A stretch of DNA of 57,761 nt from Patescibacteria group bacterium. Lineage in GTDB: Bacteria > Patescibacteriota > Patescibacteriia > JACQRZ01. The stretch covers positions 1 through 57,761 of the forward strand of contig JBBTRI010000010.1 in assembly GCA_038065255.1 (NCBI GenBank), in the 5' to 3' direction. The position numbers and the translations under genes are program-made. Position 1 is the first letter of the stretch; the number at the start of each line of letters is the position of its first letter. The notes below the pieces were generated by a model, which saw only the letters and a list, made by a program, of their open reading frames with translations, ran no database searches and was not told the origin of the DNA. Positions 36,014-45,865 of this stretch are shown in pieces.

Positions 36014-37156
36014 ATGAGCACGAAAGTGCTCTTTTTTATTATATATGCTATACTAGTCTCATATCTTATTAATTATCAACATGCTATGGATCAGCTGCCA
36101 AATGGTTCAGTTAAGCTTGTAAATCTCCCTAGTTCACTATCGCTTTTTGCTCGAAGTTGGGGTATTTATAAGATTTTATTCTCGAAACTCGCCTATTTGA
36201 GTTTTTTGTTTATCCTAGGCCTTCTTATTAATTCAAGTCTTACCTCCTTTTTAACTGTTACGGTTGGCGCAAGTTCGGATATTATGAAATCTGCCGTTGC
36301 AGTTCTTAATACTGCAATTGGCATAGCACTCACAATATATGGCGCTTTTATCATTGCTGCTATCGTCTTCTTGGTAAAATCCTACCTTACTGGCAAGGAG
36401 GCAAGCATAGCACAGTCAATGAAATTTGCCCAAGAACATTTTCTTTCCCTATTCTGGGTTGGTCTGGTATATCTATTTGTATTGTATGGTGGAATTTTTG
36501 GCATTATACTATCAACACTTTTTTCAGTCTGGTATTATTTTTGCATTTATATTGTCCTCGTAGACGAGGAGAGGGGATTTGCCGCTCTTGCAAAGAGCCA
36601 TTACTTGGTGCGAGGTCTCTTTTTAAGGACAATTGGCAGATATACAGCAATGTTTGTGGTTATTTTGGCCATTGCAACTCTTTGCTATCTTACGTTAGCT
36701 ATCCCTGTTATCGGCTGGCTGCTATTCGTACTTCTGATTGCAGCACTTTTTTTGTTCGCATTCCCGTATTACATGGTTTATGACTATCTAAGATATGAGG
36801 ATCTTGTTGCTGTTGAGCGTAATGTTGAGTTTATCCAGTTTAAAGGGGAAAAAGCATTCCTTATTGCATTTGCTATCGCAGGATTTTTACTTGTAGGGAC
36901 TAGCTGGTTGATGAATGTTCTGCCTACAGAGACCCAAAAGTCACTACAGAATTCGGTACGCTATGGATTTGCAACTATTGCATTGCCAATAGCTACGGAA
37001 ATGCAAAAGAATCAAGAAGTAATTTCAGCCTTCTTTCTTAAGCTTGGTGTAAGTCCGCTTCCAACAAGTAAGCCTCTTCCACCAATCTTTGATAATCAAC
37101 CGTCATCACAGGGAGAGCAATTCAACTACGATCAGTATTACAACTCGAACTACTAG
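36014..37156 (+). CDS. multi-pass integral membrane protein, unknown function
   Basis: 380 aa with about 7-8 long hydrophobic helices. I recognise no motif. Confidence 0.65.
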   Translation: MSTKVLFFIIYAILVSYLINYQHAMDQLPNGSVKLVNLPSSLSLFARSWGIYKILFSKLAYLSFLFILGLLINSSLTSFLTVTVGASSDIMKSAVAVLNTAIGIALTIYGAFIIAAIVFLVKSYLTGKEASIAQSMKFAQEHFLSLFWVGLVYLFVLYGGIFGIILSTLFSVWYYFCIYIVLVDEERGFAALAKSHYLVRGLFLRTIGRYTAMFVVILAIATLCYLTLAIPVIGWLLFVLLIAALFLFAFPYYMVYDYLRYEDLVAVERNVEFIQFKGEKAFLIAFAIAGFLLVGTSWLMNVLPTETQKSLQNSVRYGFATIALPIATEMQKNQEVISAFFLKLGVSPLPTSKPLPPIFDNQPSSQGEQFNYDQYYNSNY

Positions 37157-37160
37157 CTTC

Positions 37161-37928
37161 ATGGCAGTCCCTCGGTTGTATAAGTTGTTATGTTGCATTG
37201 TTATAGTTGCTTTCGTATTGAGTGCGACTATAGCTCATGCAGAAATACCCGAATCTGATGATGATAGCGACGGTATACCCACAGCGCAGGAGGTGTTGGT
37301 ATATGGCAGCAACCCATCACTGAATGATACTGATGGTGATGGTTTTTTAGATGGGCAGGAGGTGAGGAGTGGATATTCTCCATTGAAAAAAGGCAAACGA
37401 TTAGTAGATGTCGATACTGACGCGGATGGCCTGAATGACTATCTTGAGATAGCATTTGGTACGAATACCCTTAAAAAAGACTCTGATAGTGATGGATACA
37501 GTGATGGTGACGAAGTAGCACAAGGGTATGATCCGGCAAGTTCAAGCAATGTTAAGCTTGAAAAACATATTGAAGTTAACTTGACAAAACAGCGTTTGTC
37601 GTATTATCTAGGATCTGTACAGCTTGGTGATATGATGATATCAAGCGGCAAATGGGATTGGCCAACACCGACAGGTACTTTTCGTATTATCAATAAATCC
37701 CCAAAGGCATGGTCAAAACTTGCTGGATTGTGGATGCCCTATTGGATGGGGTTTGCCGGTGGCAGGTTTGGTATTCATGATTTACCGGTCTGGCCAAATG
37801 GTGTAAAGGAAGGGGAGAATCACATAGGTAAGCCTGTTTCACACGGCTGTATACGCGTTTCAACAGTATATGCAAAAAAGCTCTATAGCTGGACACCGAT
37901 CGGTTCTAGGCTTGTTATAAAAAAATAA
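37161..37928 (+). CDS. L,D-transpeptidase (YkuD domain) with four N-terminal TSP3-like Ca-binding repeats
   Basis: The ATG at 37161 gives a signal/TM segment, LYKLLCCIVIVAFVLSATIAHA. The TSP3-like repeats are DDDSDGIPTAQE, DTDGDGFLDGQE, DTDADGLNDYLE and DSDSDGYSDGDE. The catalytic block is FGIHDLP...GKPVSHGCIRV. Confidence 0.85.
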   Translation: MAVPRLYKLLCCIVIVAFVLSATIAHAEIPESDDDSDGIPTAQEVLVYGSNPSLNDTDGDGFLDGQEVRSGYSPLKKGKRLVDVDTDADGLNDYLEIAFGTNTLKKDSDSDGYSDGDEVAQGYDPASSSNVKLEKHIEVNLTKQRLSYYLGSVQLGDMMISSGKWDWPTPTGTFRIINKSPKAWSKLAGLWMPYWMGFAGGRFGIHDLPVWPNGVKEGENHIGKPVSHGCIRVSTVYAKKLYSWTPIGSRLVIKK

Positions 37929-37932
37929 AAAT

Positions 37933-39426
37933 ATGATTCGTACACGCATAGCACCTTCTCCAACCGGGCATGCTCATATAGGACTTGCCCGTACCGCGCT
38001 CACAAACTATCTCTTTGCCAGGAAACAAAAGGGTTCGTTTGTATTACGCATTGAAGATACTGACAAAGAGCGATCAAAACATTTTTATGAAGAGAGTATT
38101 ATACAGAGCCTTAAGTGGCTCGCTCTCAGCTGGGATGAAGGGCCTGATATTGGCGGTCAGTATGGTCCCTATCGCCAAAGTGAGCGAGGACATATTTATG
38201 CAGACTATTTGAGAAAACTTTCTGACCAAGGACGTCTCTATAAATGCTACTGCACCAAGGAAGATCTTGAGCATGAGAAACAAGAACAGGCGCTCGCAAA
38301 AATGCCACCCCGTTATAGTGGGAAATGCAGAAAGCTCTCTGATGCAAAAAGGAGCGAGTATGAACGGAGCGGAAAAGAGTATACATTGCGATTTCTTCTT
38401 GAACCCCAAACGATTATAGTGAAGGATCTTATCCGCGGCGCCGTAACGTTTGATACTGCGCTTATGGATGATTTCATTATTGCAAAGGATTTTGATGCCC
38501 CACTTTATAATTTTGCAGTGGTAATCGATGATGCTCTTATGGAGATAACCCATGTTTTCAGGGGAGAGGAGCACATTTCAAATACCCCAAAGCAGATACA
38601 GCTTTCTCAAGCCCTTAGGCTTCCTACACCTGAGTTCGGACATATACCCCTTATTCTGGATTCAAACAGAAAAAAAATGAGCAAGCGAGAGCATAAGACT
38701 GCCGTTGATGAGTACCGACAGGACGGGTACTTGCCTGAAGCTCTTATTAATTTTATCGCGCTTCTTGGGTGGAATCCCGGGGGTGATAGGGAGCTCTATA
38801 CACTCGCGGAACTTGAAAGTATATTTGATCTTTCACACGTAAATAAGTCAGGCTCAATTTTTGATCTCCAAAAGCTTGATTGGTTTAACGGGCACTACAT
38901 CAGACACGCGGATATTTCACATATTACACAATTGGCAATTCCTCAATTTATTACTGTAGGTTATATTTTAGAATCTGATACTGGGGAATATACCTCGAAA
39001 ACAGGACTAAAAATAACCCTACAACTTCTTAAGCAGATTGTTGAGATTGAACGTACACGTATAAAAAAAATATCTGAAATAGCAACAAATGCGGCATTTT
39101 ATTTTGAAGACCAATTGAACTATGATACAGCTCTGCTACAATGGAAGCAGATGACGATGGAGGATCTTCGAGATAGTCTAAGGTTTGCAAAGGAATGCCT
39201 TGTGTCTCTATCGGAACACGAATGGACAAACGCAAGTATAGAAAGCTCTCTCAAAGAGCGGATCCAGGCTGCCGGCAAGCAAAATGGATATATTCTTTGG
39301 CCGCTACGAGTTTCACTTTCCGGCCTTAAGGCAAGTCCTAGTCCATTTGAAATAGCTACAATTATTGGAAAGGCAAGGGTTCTCCAAAGAATCGAATGCG
39401 CTCTTTCCAAATTGACACAATCATAA
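37933..39426 (+). CDS. gltX: glutamate--tRNA ligase
   Basis: Contains RIAPSPTGHAHIGLART (HIGH) and KMSKRE (KMSKS). Confidence 0.95.
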   Translation: MIRTRIAPSPTGHAHIGLARTALTNYLFARKQKGSFVLRIEDTDKERSKHFYEESIIQSLKWLALSWDEGPDIGGQYGPYRQSERGHIYADYLRKLSDQGRLYKCYCTKEDLEHEKQEQALAKMPPRYSGKCRKLSDAKRSEYERSGKEYTLRFLLEPQTIIVKDLIRGAVTFDTALMDDFIIAKDFDAPLYNFAVVIDDALMEITHVFRGEEHISNTPKQIQLSQALRLPTPEFGHIPLILDSNRKKMSKREHKTAVDEYRQDGYLPEALINFIALLGWNPGGDRELYTLAELESIFDLSHVNKSGSIFDLQKLDWFNGHYIRHADISHITQLAIPQFITVGYILESDTGEYTSKTGLKITLQLLKQIVEIERTRIKKISEIATNAAFYFEDQLNYDTALLQWKQMTMEDLRDSLRFAKECLVSLSEHEWTNASIESSLKERIQAAGKQNGYILWPLRVSLSGLKASPSPFEIATIIGKARVLQRIECALSKLTQS

Positions 39427-39447
39427 CACATTCATCCATACTATCCC

Positions 39448-40659
39448 ATGCGAACATCGCTTACCGTACTAGGCCTTGTCATTATTGTAAGTTGTTGCAC
39501 TTTTTTTGTAAGTAGCGGGTATTCCCATGCTCTCAATACTGACGTCACAGTATTGGATTTGAATCAGCGAATACAGGACAAAAAGGCACAGGTACAAAGC
39601 ATCAAAAATCAGATTACTATTTATCAGCAATCGATTAAACAGCGTGAGCGAGAAGCTGCAACATTGGAAAATGAAACAGCACTTCTTGAAGACCAAATAG
39701 CAAAGCTTTCACTTGATATACAGGCGAGCGAAGAAGAACAGCTCCAGCTTAATCTCGAAATACAGCAGGCTTCACTTGAGATATCTCTGAAGGAATCTGA
39801 AATCGCCAAACTCAAGGAGAAAATTGCAGTATTTGTACGCCAACTCTACATTGATAGTGAACGTGATTATCTCGAAATTCTTATTGTCAATAATAGTTTC
39901 TCAGAATTCTTTGATAATGTTTACTATTTGGAACAAACCCAAGCTGATTTAAAAAATTCTCTACAGAGAATAACGACACTTCGAGACGAACTCAGTGTGC
40001 AGCGTTCACAACTTGAACAAACGCATAGCAGACAGCAGCTACTTGGTGAAGAGCTTCAGAATCAAAAAGGAGAGATCGATGAGCGAAGGGAAGCAAAGCA
40101 GCAACTTATTGTACAGTCACTTCTTTCAAAAGAAAAATTCCAGCAATTACTCAACGAGGCTCGACTTGAACAACAAGAAATCAGCAATGCCATTACTGAT
40201 TTACAGGAATCAGTGCGACTAAAACTTGAGATTATGGGAAGTGGTGTTGTTAATTTTTCTTGGCCGGTTAATCCCTCTCGAGGCATTTCTGCATATTTTC
40301 ATGACAAGTCCTATCCCTTTCGTTCAATTTTTGAACATAGTGCAGTGGATATACGAGCCTACCAAGGTACGTATGTGATGGCTGCAGAGGATGGATATGT
40401 AGGGCGAGCCAAAGATGGCGGTAAAAAGGGTTATAGTTATGTCATGATCCTCCATGATAAGGGTTTTGCAACAGTGTATGGTCATCTTAGCCATAGTATG
40501 GTGAAAGATGATATGTATGTTAAAAAAGGGCAGGTGATTGGACTCTCAGGTGGAACTCCAGGCACCAATGGAGCTGGACCGTTTACCACAGGACCTCATC
40601 TCCATTTTGAAGTTCGTGTAAATGGCATACCGGATGATCCATTAAAATACTTACCCTGA
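39448..40659 (+). CDS. M23-family metallopeptidase with N-terminal coiled coil (EnvC-like)
   Basis: Signal/TM segment, then about 230 aa of heptad-rich coiled coil. The M23 motifs HSAVDIRA and GPHLHFEVRVNG follow. Confidence 0.88.
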   Translation: MRTSLTVLGLVIIVSCCTFFVSSGYSHALNTDVTVLDLNQRIQDKKAQVQSIKNQITIYQQSIKQREREAATLENETALLEDQIAKLSLDIQASEEEQLQLNLEIQQASLEISLKESEIAKLKEKIAVFVRQLYIDSERDYLEILIVNNSFSEFFDNVYYLEQTQADLKNSLQRITTLRDELSVQRSQLEQTHSRQQLLGEELQNQKGEIDERREAKQQLIVQSLLSKEKFQQLLNEARLEQQEISNAITDLQESVRLKLEIMGSGVVNFSWPVNPSRGISAYFHDKSYPFRSIFEHSAVDIRAYQGTYVMAAEDGYVGRAKDGGKKGYSYVMILHDKGFATVYGHLSHSMVKDDMYVKKGQVIGLSGGTPGTNGAGPFTTGPHLHFEVRVNGIPDDPLKYLP

Positions 40660-41139
40660 TTATTTACACCATTTCCAAAGGCCTTTTTTAGTACGTTGAG
40701 CTTCTTGCTGCAGAGTAAGAAGCTTTTGTGTATTTGAAGCAGGGGATCGGGTGTACACTTTAGCAAAACCGTTTCTTACCAGATGCTCACTTAGCGACAT
40801 ACTGCCATGATTAACATGCCTAAGATGCCTGCCATAGGCATCTCTATTTTTTGCTAAAGAATCCTTTTCAATATCAAGCTGTTTATTACCTTTAACTATT
40901 TTTCTTACTTCAGCCAGAGATTCACGAGCATAGCATTGTGCGACACCTGTTTTTGATGTATATAGTTCAGGAGTGTCAATACCAAGAATTCGTATGTGTT
41001 CAATTTTTTTTCCGGTTTTTATGATAAGCGTATCACCATCAATGACATGAAGGACTTCAGTTTTCATGGCAAGTGCATTAAAGGGAGTATAGAAGACTAG
41101 GAGTAAAGATACTACAGTTATAATTGTTTTTTGGGACAT
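40660..41139 (-). CDS. secreted thermonuclease (staphylococcal nuclease/SNase homologue)
   Basis: ATG at 41139 (MSQKTIITVVSLLLVFYTPFNALA signal); the track start at 41220 is GTG. SNase motifs are VIDGDTLII, IRILGIDTPE, GRHLRHV and NGFAKVY. Confidence 0.85.
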   Translation of the reverse strand: MSQKTIITVVSLLLVFYTPFNALAMKTEVLHVIDGDTLIIKTGKKIEHIRILGIDTPELYTSKTGVAQCYARESLAEVRKIVKGNKQLDIEKDSLAKNRDAYGRHLRHVNHGSMSLSEHLVRNGFAKVYTRSPASNTQKLLTLQQEAQRTKKGLWKWCK

Positions 41140-41199
41140 AGTGTGAATGCTATTGCATAAGGTTAAGTATATGCTAACCTTGAGGCAACGTACATTACA

Positions 41200-42105
41200 A
41201 TGAGAAAGGGTAAACGACACTCAATTGAACAGCGTAAAGCTGAGCTTATTAGAATTGCAACGGAATCAACAGCATACTCACACACATCCCATAGAATCGA
41301 CTATAATGGCATGCTCATGTTCTCTCAAGCAGAGGTGAGGCTCGCCATGATACTTGACGCAATGGATGCGCAGTATGACACTCAAGTTCCTTTTGAGAAT
41401 TGCAGGGATGATGACGGTACCTTCACGTATGTTCCTGATTTTGTTACTCGTAAACCAATAAAGGTTGTGGGCTGCAGCCATGAGATTACGATTCTTGAAA
41501 CGCATGGGGGAGAATACCTCACCCATAAAGATATTAGACAGATGCAGGCAGTCCGAAATCTTACCGGCAAGCGCGGGCATATTTTTATGAGGGATCATCT
41601 GAATATGTTGGAAGCAGAGGGACATCAATGGTACTCGGAAGATTTTGAAGATTTCATAGCACCTGCACGAGATGAAAATGTGGATCATGCAATGGTGGAG
41701 TTACTTGCAGAGGTATTTAGACGTGAGGGCAAAACATTTCATCTTAATCCATTCTTTAGGAGATGTGTTGAACCTACTACAGGAAAAACATTTACAGCGA
41801 ATGGTCAATTCTTTTTCCCTCAGCCTCAGAAGCTACTGGGTATTGAGGAGCCTGTTCAATTCTTACGCATAGTGAAGAAGCTGACCAAATCCACTATTAT
41901 TGCGCTTGAATCGCTTAGAGCGAGGAATATCAATGCTTATGCGCTTCTGAAGCCTCAGAGTCTCATGTACTATCGCGAAGGTACTCAGAAGAAGCGCCCG
42001 CAAGAACCTGATGGATGGACTCATTTTTACACTCCAAACGGTGAACATAGTAACCTTAAAGGTAAGCAGGTGTACGTCAACAAACCAAATGGCGTAAAAC
42101 ATTAA
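41200..42105 (+). CDS. hypothetical protein with a possible PD-(D/E)xK (DUF559/Vsr-like) nuclease core
   Basis: 301-aa ORF. SQAEVRLAMILDAM...TQVPF...YVPDFVTRKPIKVVGCSHEITILETHGGEY resembles the REase-like pattern xDF...iE.xG. A degenerate second copy may lie in the C-terminal half. Confidence 0.6.
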   Translation: MRKGKRHSIEQRKAELIRIATESTAYSHTSHRIDYNGMLMFSQAEVRLAMILDAMDAQYDTQVPFENCRDDDGTFTYVPDFVTRKPIKVVGCSHEITILETHGGEYLTHKDIRQMQAVRNLTGKRGHIFMRDHLNMLEAEGHQWYSEDFEDFIAPARDENVDHAMVELLAEVFRREGKTFHLNPFFRRCVEPTTGKTFTANGQFFFPQPQKLLGIEEPVQFLRIVKKLTKSTIIALESLRARNINAYALLKPQSLMYYREGTQKKRPQEPDGWTHFYTPNGEHSNLKGKQVYVNKPNGVKH

Positions 42106-42121
42106 ATACAATTTTCACTAC

Positions 42122-42150
42122 AGGTCGACATGCGTTCGGCCTTTTTTATT
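42122..42150 (+). terminator. rho-independent terminator
   Basis: The hairpin AGGTCGA-catgcgt-TCGGCCT (7 bp including one G-U) is followed by TTTTTATT. Confidence 0.7.
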
Positions 42151-42245
42151 TAAAAGGGGATGAGGTATTTCTCAGTATAACTCATTCGATAATGTGTCGC
42201 ACAATATACCTTTAACGACCCATAGGGTATAGGTACTCGTGTTTT

Positions 42246-43337
42246 CTAGAGTTTGCGATACTTACTGTCTACGTAGGTTCGTAATGATTGCTTAAACACC
42301 GATGTATCAAACTGCATTGCATGCTTATGAATTTCATCTGACCGATAGTATTCTGGCTTAAAATGTAAAATAACATCAATAAGTGCCGCGTAATCCTGAT
42401 CGGTAAAAAAATGCCCGGTAACACCCGGTAGTACTGTTTCTAGCGCGCCTCCAGCAGCATATGCAATAACCGGTCTACCAGCAGCCATTGCTTCCACTGG
42501 CGTTATGCCAAAATCTTCCTCTTGCGGGTGAATAAAGGCAGTACACTCCATATACTGTTGCTGTAATTGTGAATCTGAAAGTGCTCCTAAAAAAGTAATA
42601 TTCTTCTTTGCATTTGAACGAAGTTGATCCAGTGATGGTCCACTACCAAATATATGCAGGGGTATGCCAAGTCTATTAAATGCATCAATTATGATATCAT
42701 ACCGCTTATAGGAAACGAGACGACCACCGGCAAGATAATAGCCGCCATCCCCTCTTCCAATGTTGTAGGAAGAGACATCTATAGGTGGATAGATGATGGC
42801 GCTTGATCGATTATAGTATTTTTTAATACGCTCGCTAACATTAAGGGAATTTGCAATAAAATAATCCACACGATCTGCAGCTAAACGATCCCATATCCTC
42901 ATTCGGGACAGCATCGGAGGAACTAAAGCTTTTACAAATCGCGGATGCTTCATATCTTGTACATAGCTAAGCGTATCTGTCCACAGGTAGCGTGTAGGAG
43001 TATGGCAGTAGCAAATATGAACAGATCCGGGCTTGGTAAGAACACCTTTTGAAAATGCCGAGCTGCTCGATATGATTACGTCGTAATCAGAAAGATTATA
43101 CATTTCAGTAGCGAGGGGCATGAGTGGTAGTAACCACTGATATGAATGCTTTGCAAATGGAATATGCTGTAAAAATGAAGGACGCACGCGATCATGTGCA
43201 AACGTTCTATTCAATTTTTTAGCATCATACAGCAACGTAAAAATTGGCGCATCCGGATAGACCTCGCTAATAGCCTTGAGTACGCGCTCAGCGCCCCCCT
43301 CCTGCATCAGATGATCGTGAATAAGAGCAACATTCAT
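42246..43337 (-). CDS. glycosyltransferase, GT4 family (group 1)
   Basis: Contains the C-terminal EX7E-type block QEEDFGITPVEAMAAGRPVIAYAAGGALE. Confidence 0.88.
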   Translation of the reverse strand: MNVALIHDHLMQEGGAERVLKAISEVYPDAPIFTLLYDAKKLNRTFAHDRVRPSFLQHIPFAKHSYQWLLPLMPLATEMYNLSDYDVIISSSSAFSKGVLTKPGSVHICYCHTPTRYLWTDTLSYVQDMKHPRFVKALVPPMLSRMRIWDRLAADRVDYFIANSLNVSERIKKYYNRSSAIIYPPIDVSSYNIGRGDGGYYLAGGRLVSYKRYDIIIDAFNRLGIPLHIFGSGPSLDQLRSNAKKNITFLGALSDSQLQQQYMECTAFIHPQEEDFGITPVEAMAAGRPVIAYAAGGALETVLPGVTGHFFTDQDYAALIDVILHFKPEYYRSDEIHKHAMQFDTSVFKQSLRTYVDSKYRKL

Positions 43338-44743
43338 ACGCGTGATTTACGAGAAAGTACTGCCCATGGCGTTTTAAAGAGAATGGCACAGTCGAGGTAT
43401 AGTGACCAATTTTCGATGTAGAAAGTATCAAGTTTAACCTCCTCACTAAAATCTAAGTCGCTTCTGCCACTGATCTGAGCAAGGCCGGTAATACCTGGCT
43501 TTACGCTAAATAATCTATGGTGACTAATATCATAGCCGGCAACCTCCTTTGGACGATGAGGGCGAGGACCTACTAAACTCATGTTTCCAAGAAATACATT
43601 AAAAAACTGCGGTAGTTCATCAAGGCTTGTCCTCTCGAGAATGCGTCCTACGGGCGTCCGTCGAGGATCATTGAGTACTTTTGGTACAGGACCCTGCCGT
43701 TCATTTTTTTCTGAAATAAGCTTTTCTTCAAGCTTTTCTGCTGAGCCTGTATTATCATATCCCGGGCCTGTACAGAACTGGATATACATTGTTCTGAATT
43801 TATACGTATGAAACAGTCCACGCTGTCCTACCCGCACATCCTTATATATAATCGGCCCCTTACTTGAATATCTAATCCATGCGGAAATAAGCACCATTAA
43901 TGGCAAGAAGAGAAGAATACAGATACATGATCCAATTACATCAAGCATGCGCTTAACGATTCTCCACCATCCTTGAAGTCGCGTTCTGCGTACTTCCACA
44001 AATGGCAGTCCTGCAATCATTGTGGATTGGAGTCTACCGACACTGATCATATCCGAAGAATATTCAAAATCAATGTGAAGATAGGTTGCTAGTTCCGCCA
44101 ACAACTCAAGCTGCTGATGTGCTTGACTACTGACAACAATTAATTCATCGAGTTTGCCTTGTGATTTCAGACGCATGCATAGCTCTTTGAAATCATCAGT
44201 CAACCTTTCCGATGTGGCAACGATGCGATAACCAAGAGAGAGATGAGTTTCAATAAATGATTGCAATTGCGCAATGCGCTCTTGCTGTCCCACTAGTGCA
44301 ACCGAATGGAGGCCAATTCCTCTATAAAAACATGCTATGCGCATAACTCGTAGCACTCCCCTACCACTTAGTACAAGCACTATCATTAAAAGCCATACTG
44401 CGAGAACAATAAATCGAGAGCTAAAAAATTCCTGTCTGAAAAAAATAGTTACAATAAGAAGCATGACCGATGCAGACGACGCTACAAAAATTCTCTGAAA
44501 TTCATTATGTATTTTCCAGCGCCGAATAGCATAGAGACCTGCACAAGCAAATACAGCAGTGCTATACAATGCAAAAATTCCAATAAAAAAGAGGTATTGC
44601 GAAAAGGGTATTTGAAAGAGAACAGGCCAAAGATCAGTGAGTGTTTGAAAACGTAAAAAATATGCAGCACAACCTGCCGCAACAATCATACTTGCATCAA
44701 GAGGTACAGTAATTGCAGAAAAAACAAGTTCAGCTTTCTTCAT
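43334..44743 (-). CDS. polyprenyl glycosylphosphotransferase (WbaP/bacterial sugar transferase family)
   Basis: N-terminal TM segments, then [19 protein letters not shown] and [21 protein letters not shown]. It overlaps the downstream GT4 gene by 4 nt. Confidence 0.9.
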   Translation of the reverse strand: MKKAELVFSAITVPLDASMIVAAGCAAYFLRFQTLTDLWPVLFQIPFSQYLFFIGIFALYSTAVFACAGLYAIRRWKIHNEFQRIFVASSASVMLLIVTIFFRQEFFSSRFIVLAVWLLMIVLVLSGRGVLRVMRIACFYRGIGLHSVALVGQQERIAQLQSFIETHLSLGYRIVATSERLTDDFKELCMRLKSQGKLDELIVVSSQAHQQLELLAELATYLHIDFEYSSDMISVGRLQSTMIAGLPFVEVRRTRLQGWWRIVKRMLDVIGSCICILLFLPLMVLISAWIRYSSKGPIIYKDVRVGQRGLFHTYKFRTMYIQFCTGPGYDNTGSAEKLEEKLISEKNERQGPVPKVLNDPRRTPVGRILERTSLDELPQFFNVFLGNMSLVGPRPHRPKEVAGYDISHHRLFSVKPGITGLAQISGRSDLDFSEEVKLDTFYIENWSLYLDCAILFKTPWAVLSRKSRV

Positions 44744-44785
44744 ACATAATTATGTGGCGATTCTGCTCTGTCGATACAATGATAG

Positions 44786-45389
44786 CACGCAACAATCCTA
44801 TAAGCCGAATTCTGTCCTCCGATTTTGACATCGGAGTGATGGTCATCTCTCTAGCCATATCATTGCTGATATAGTCATGCAGGTGTCTTTACCCTTGCAT
44901 CTGGTAGGTGTTTGCCAAGCTTTCCGCATCACTGCGAAAACTGGTGCGCTCTTACCTCGCAATGCAGTGTTACTCTAAAGAACGTCTTTTTCGGGAGAGA
45001 CGATGCTACATTGCGCGTCAATCGTTAAACCGATATCCACACCTTTTCACCCTTACCCCAATAGATCTCGGGGCGGTAGATTACTTGGGCATTTCTGCTC
45101 AAGCCCTCGCCTAAAGCGAAGCTTTTCTGTTGCTCCGGTCAAAATACATTGACCGAAATCTGATATCCCGTGGAACACACCGGATATAGACACTATCCCG
45201 TAAGGTTCTTCCCCAGGAGTCTTTAAATAGGCAGAACATGGCTCTCCCCACTTTCCGCCACGTATACTTCGGAGAATAACTCAGGTCGGCGTTACCGACT
45301 ACCGTTGTTCTTGCCTGGCAATGCCAAACAAGAGATGTTCGGACTTTCCTCTCCGATAAATCGGAGCGACCATCCGGATTGCTGCGTGT
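44786..45389 (-). ncRNA. rnpB: RNase P RNA (bacterial type A-like), unusually long at about 600 nt
   Basis: On the reverse complement I read GGAGAGGAAAGUCCGAAC (CR-I), GGUAACGCC, GCAACAGAAA, GGGGUAAGGGUGAAAAGGUG and GGUAAGAGCGCACC. Further on are CUAGAGAGAUGACC and ACAGAAUUCGGCUUAU (CR-V). The terminal pairing is CACGCAGCAAUCC with GGAUUGUUGCGUG (P1/P2). The ends are approximate. Confidence 0.85.
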
Positions 45390-45451
45390 TATCAATGATC
45401 GAGATTGAGTACTAAAAACTATACCTTTATTGAAGGTAAATGTCAAGATAC

Positions 45452-45865
45452 TTAGCTGTGAGTGCCATATTCATCAAGTGCCTTATTTACAAGAGAATCA
45501 GCCTTTTTGTTCATTGCACGGGGAATGTGATTAAATGTAATAGACGTAAATTTGAGTGTAAGGTTCCAAATTTTTAAATAGAGCGGGGAGAGATTTTTAT
45601 CGCGTACGCGATACTCCCCCCTCATCTGTTTTACAACAAGTTCGCTATCAAGATAACACTCTACATGCGTTGCCATAAGCACCTGTGCTTTTTCCAGTGC
45701 TGCTAGCAATGCTCTGTATTCAGCCTGATTATTTGTTGTCGAGCCTATGTAGTTGCTGATATAATATTCCTCTTTTATATCGGGGTCAAAAAGGACGCAC
45801 CCAATTGCAGCAGGCCCGGGATTGCCACGCGCACCACCGTCTGTATGTATAATTAATTTTTTCAT
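45452..45865 (-). CDS. rnhA: ribonuclease HI
   Basis: ATG at 45865 (MKKLIIHTDGGARGNPGPAAIG). DEDD residues lie in HTDGG, NQAEYRAL, LDSELVV and KKADSL. The start overlaps the recJ stop. Confidence 0.88.
   Translation of the reverse strand: MKKLIIHTDGGARGNPGPAAIGCVLFDPDIKEEYYISNYIGSTTNNQAEYRALLAALEKAQVLMATHVECYLDSELVVKQMRGEYRVRDKNLSPLYLKIWNLTLKFTSITFNHIPRAMNKKADSLVNKALDEYGTHS

Noticed and set aside
44908-45446. Track ORFs 44908..45114 (+) and 45111..45446 (-).
   Set aside because: Both lie entirely within the RNase P RNA gene, and the conserved RNA elements explain the region. There are no start context or protein motifs.
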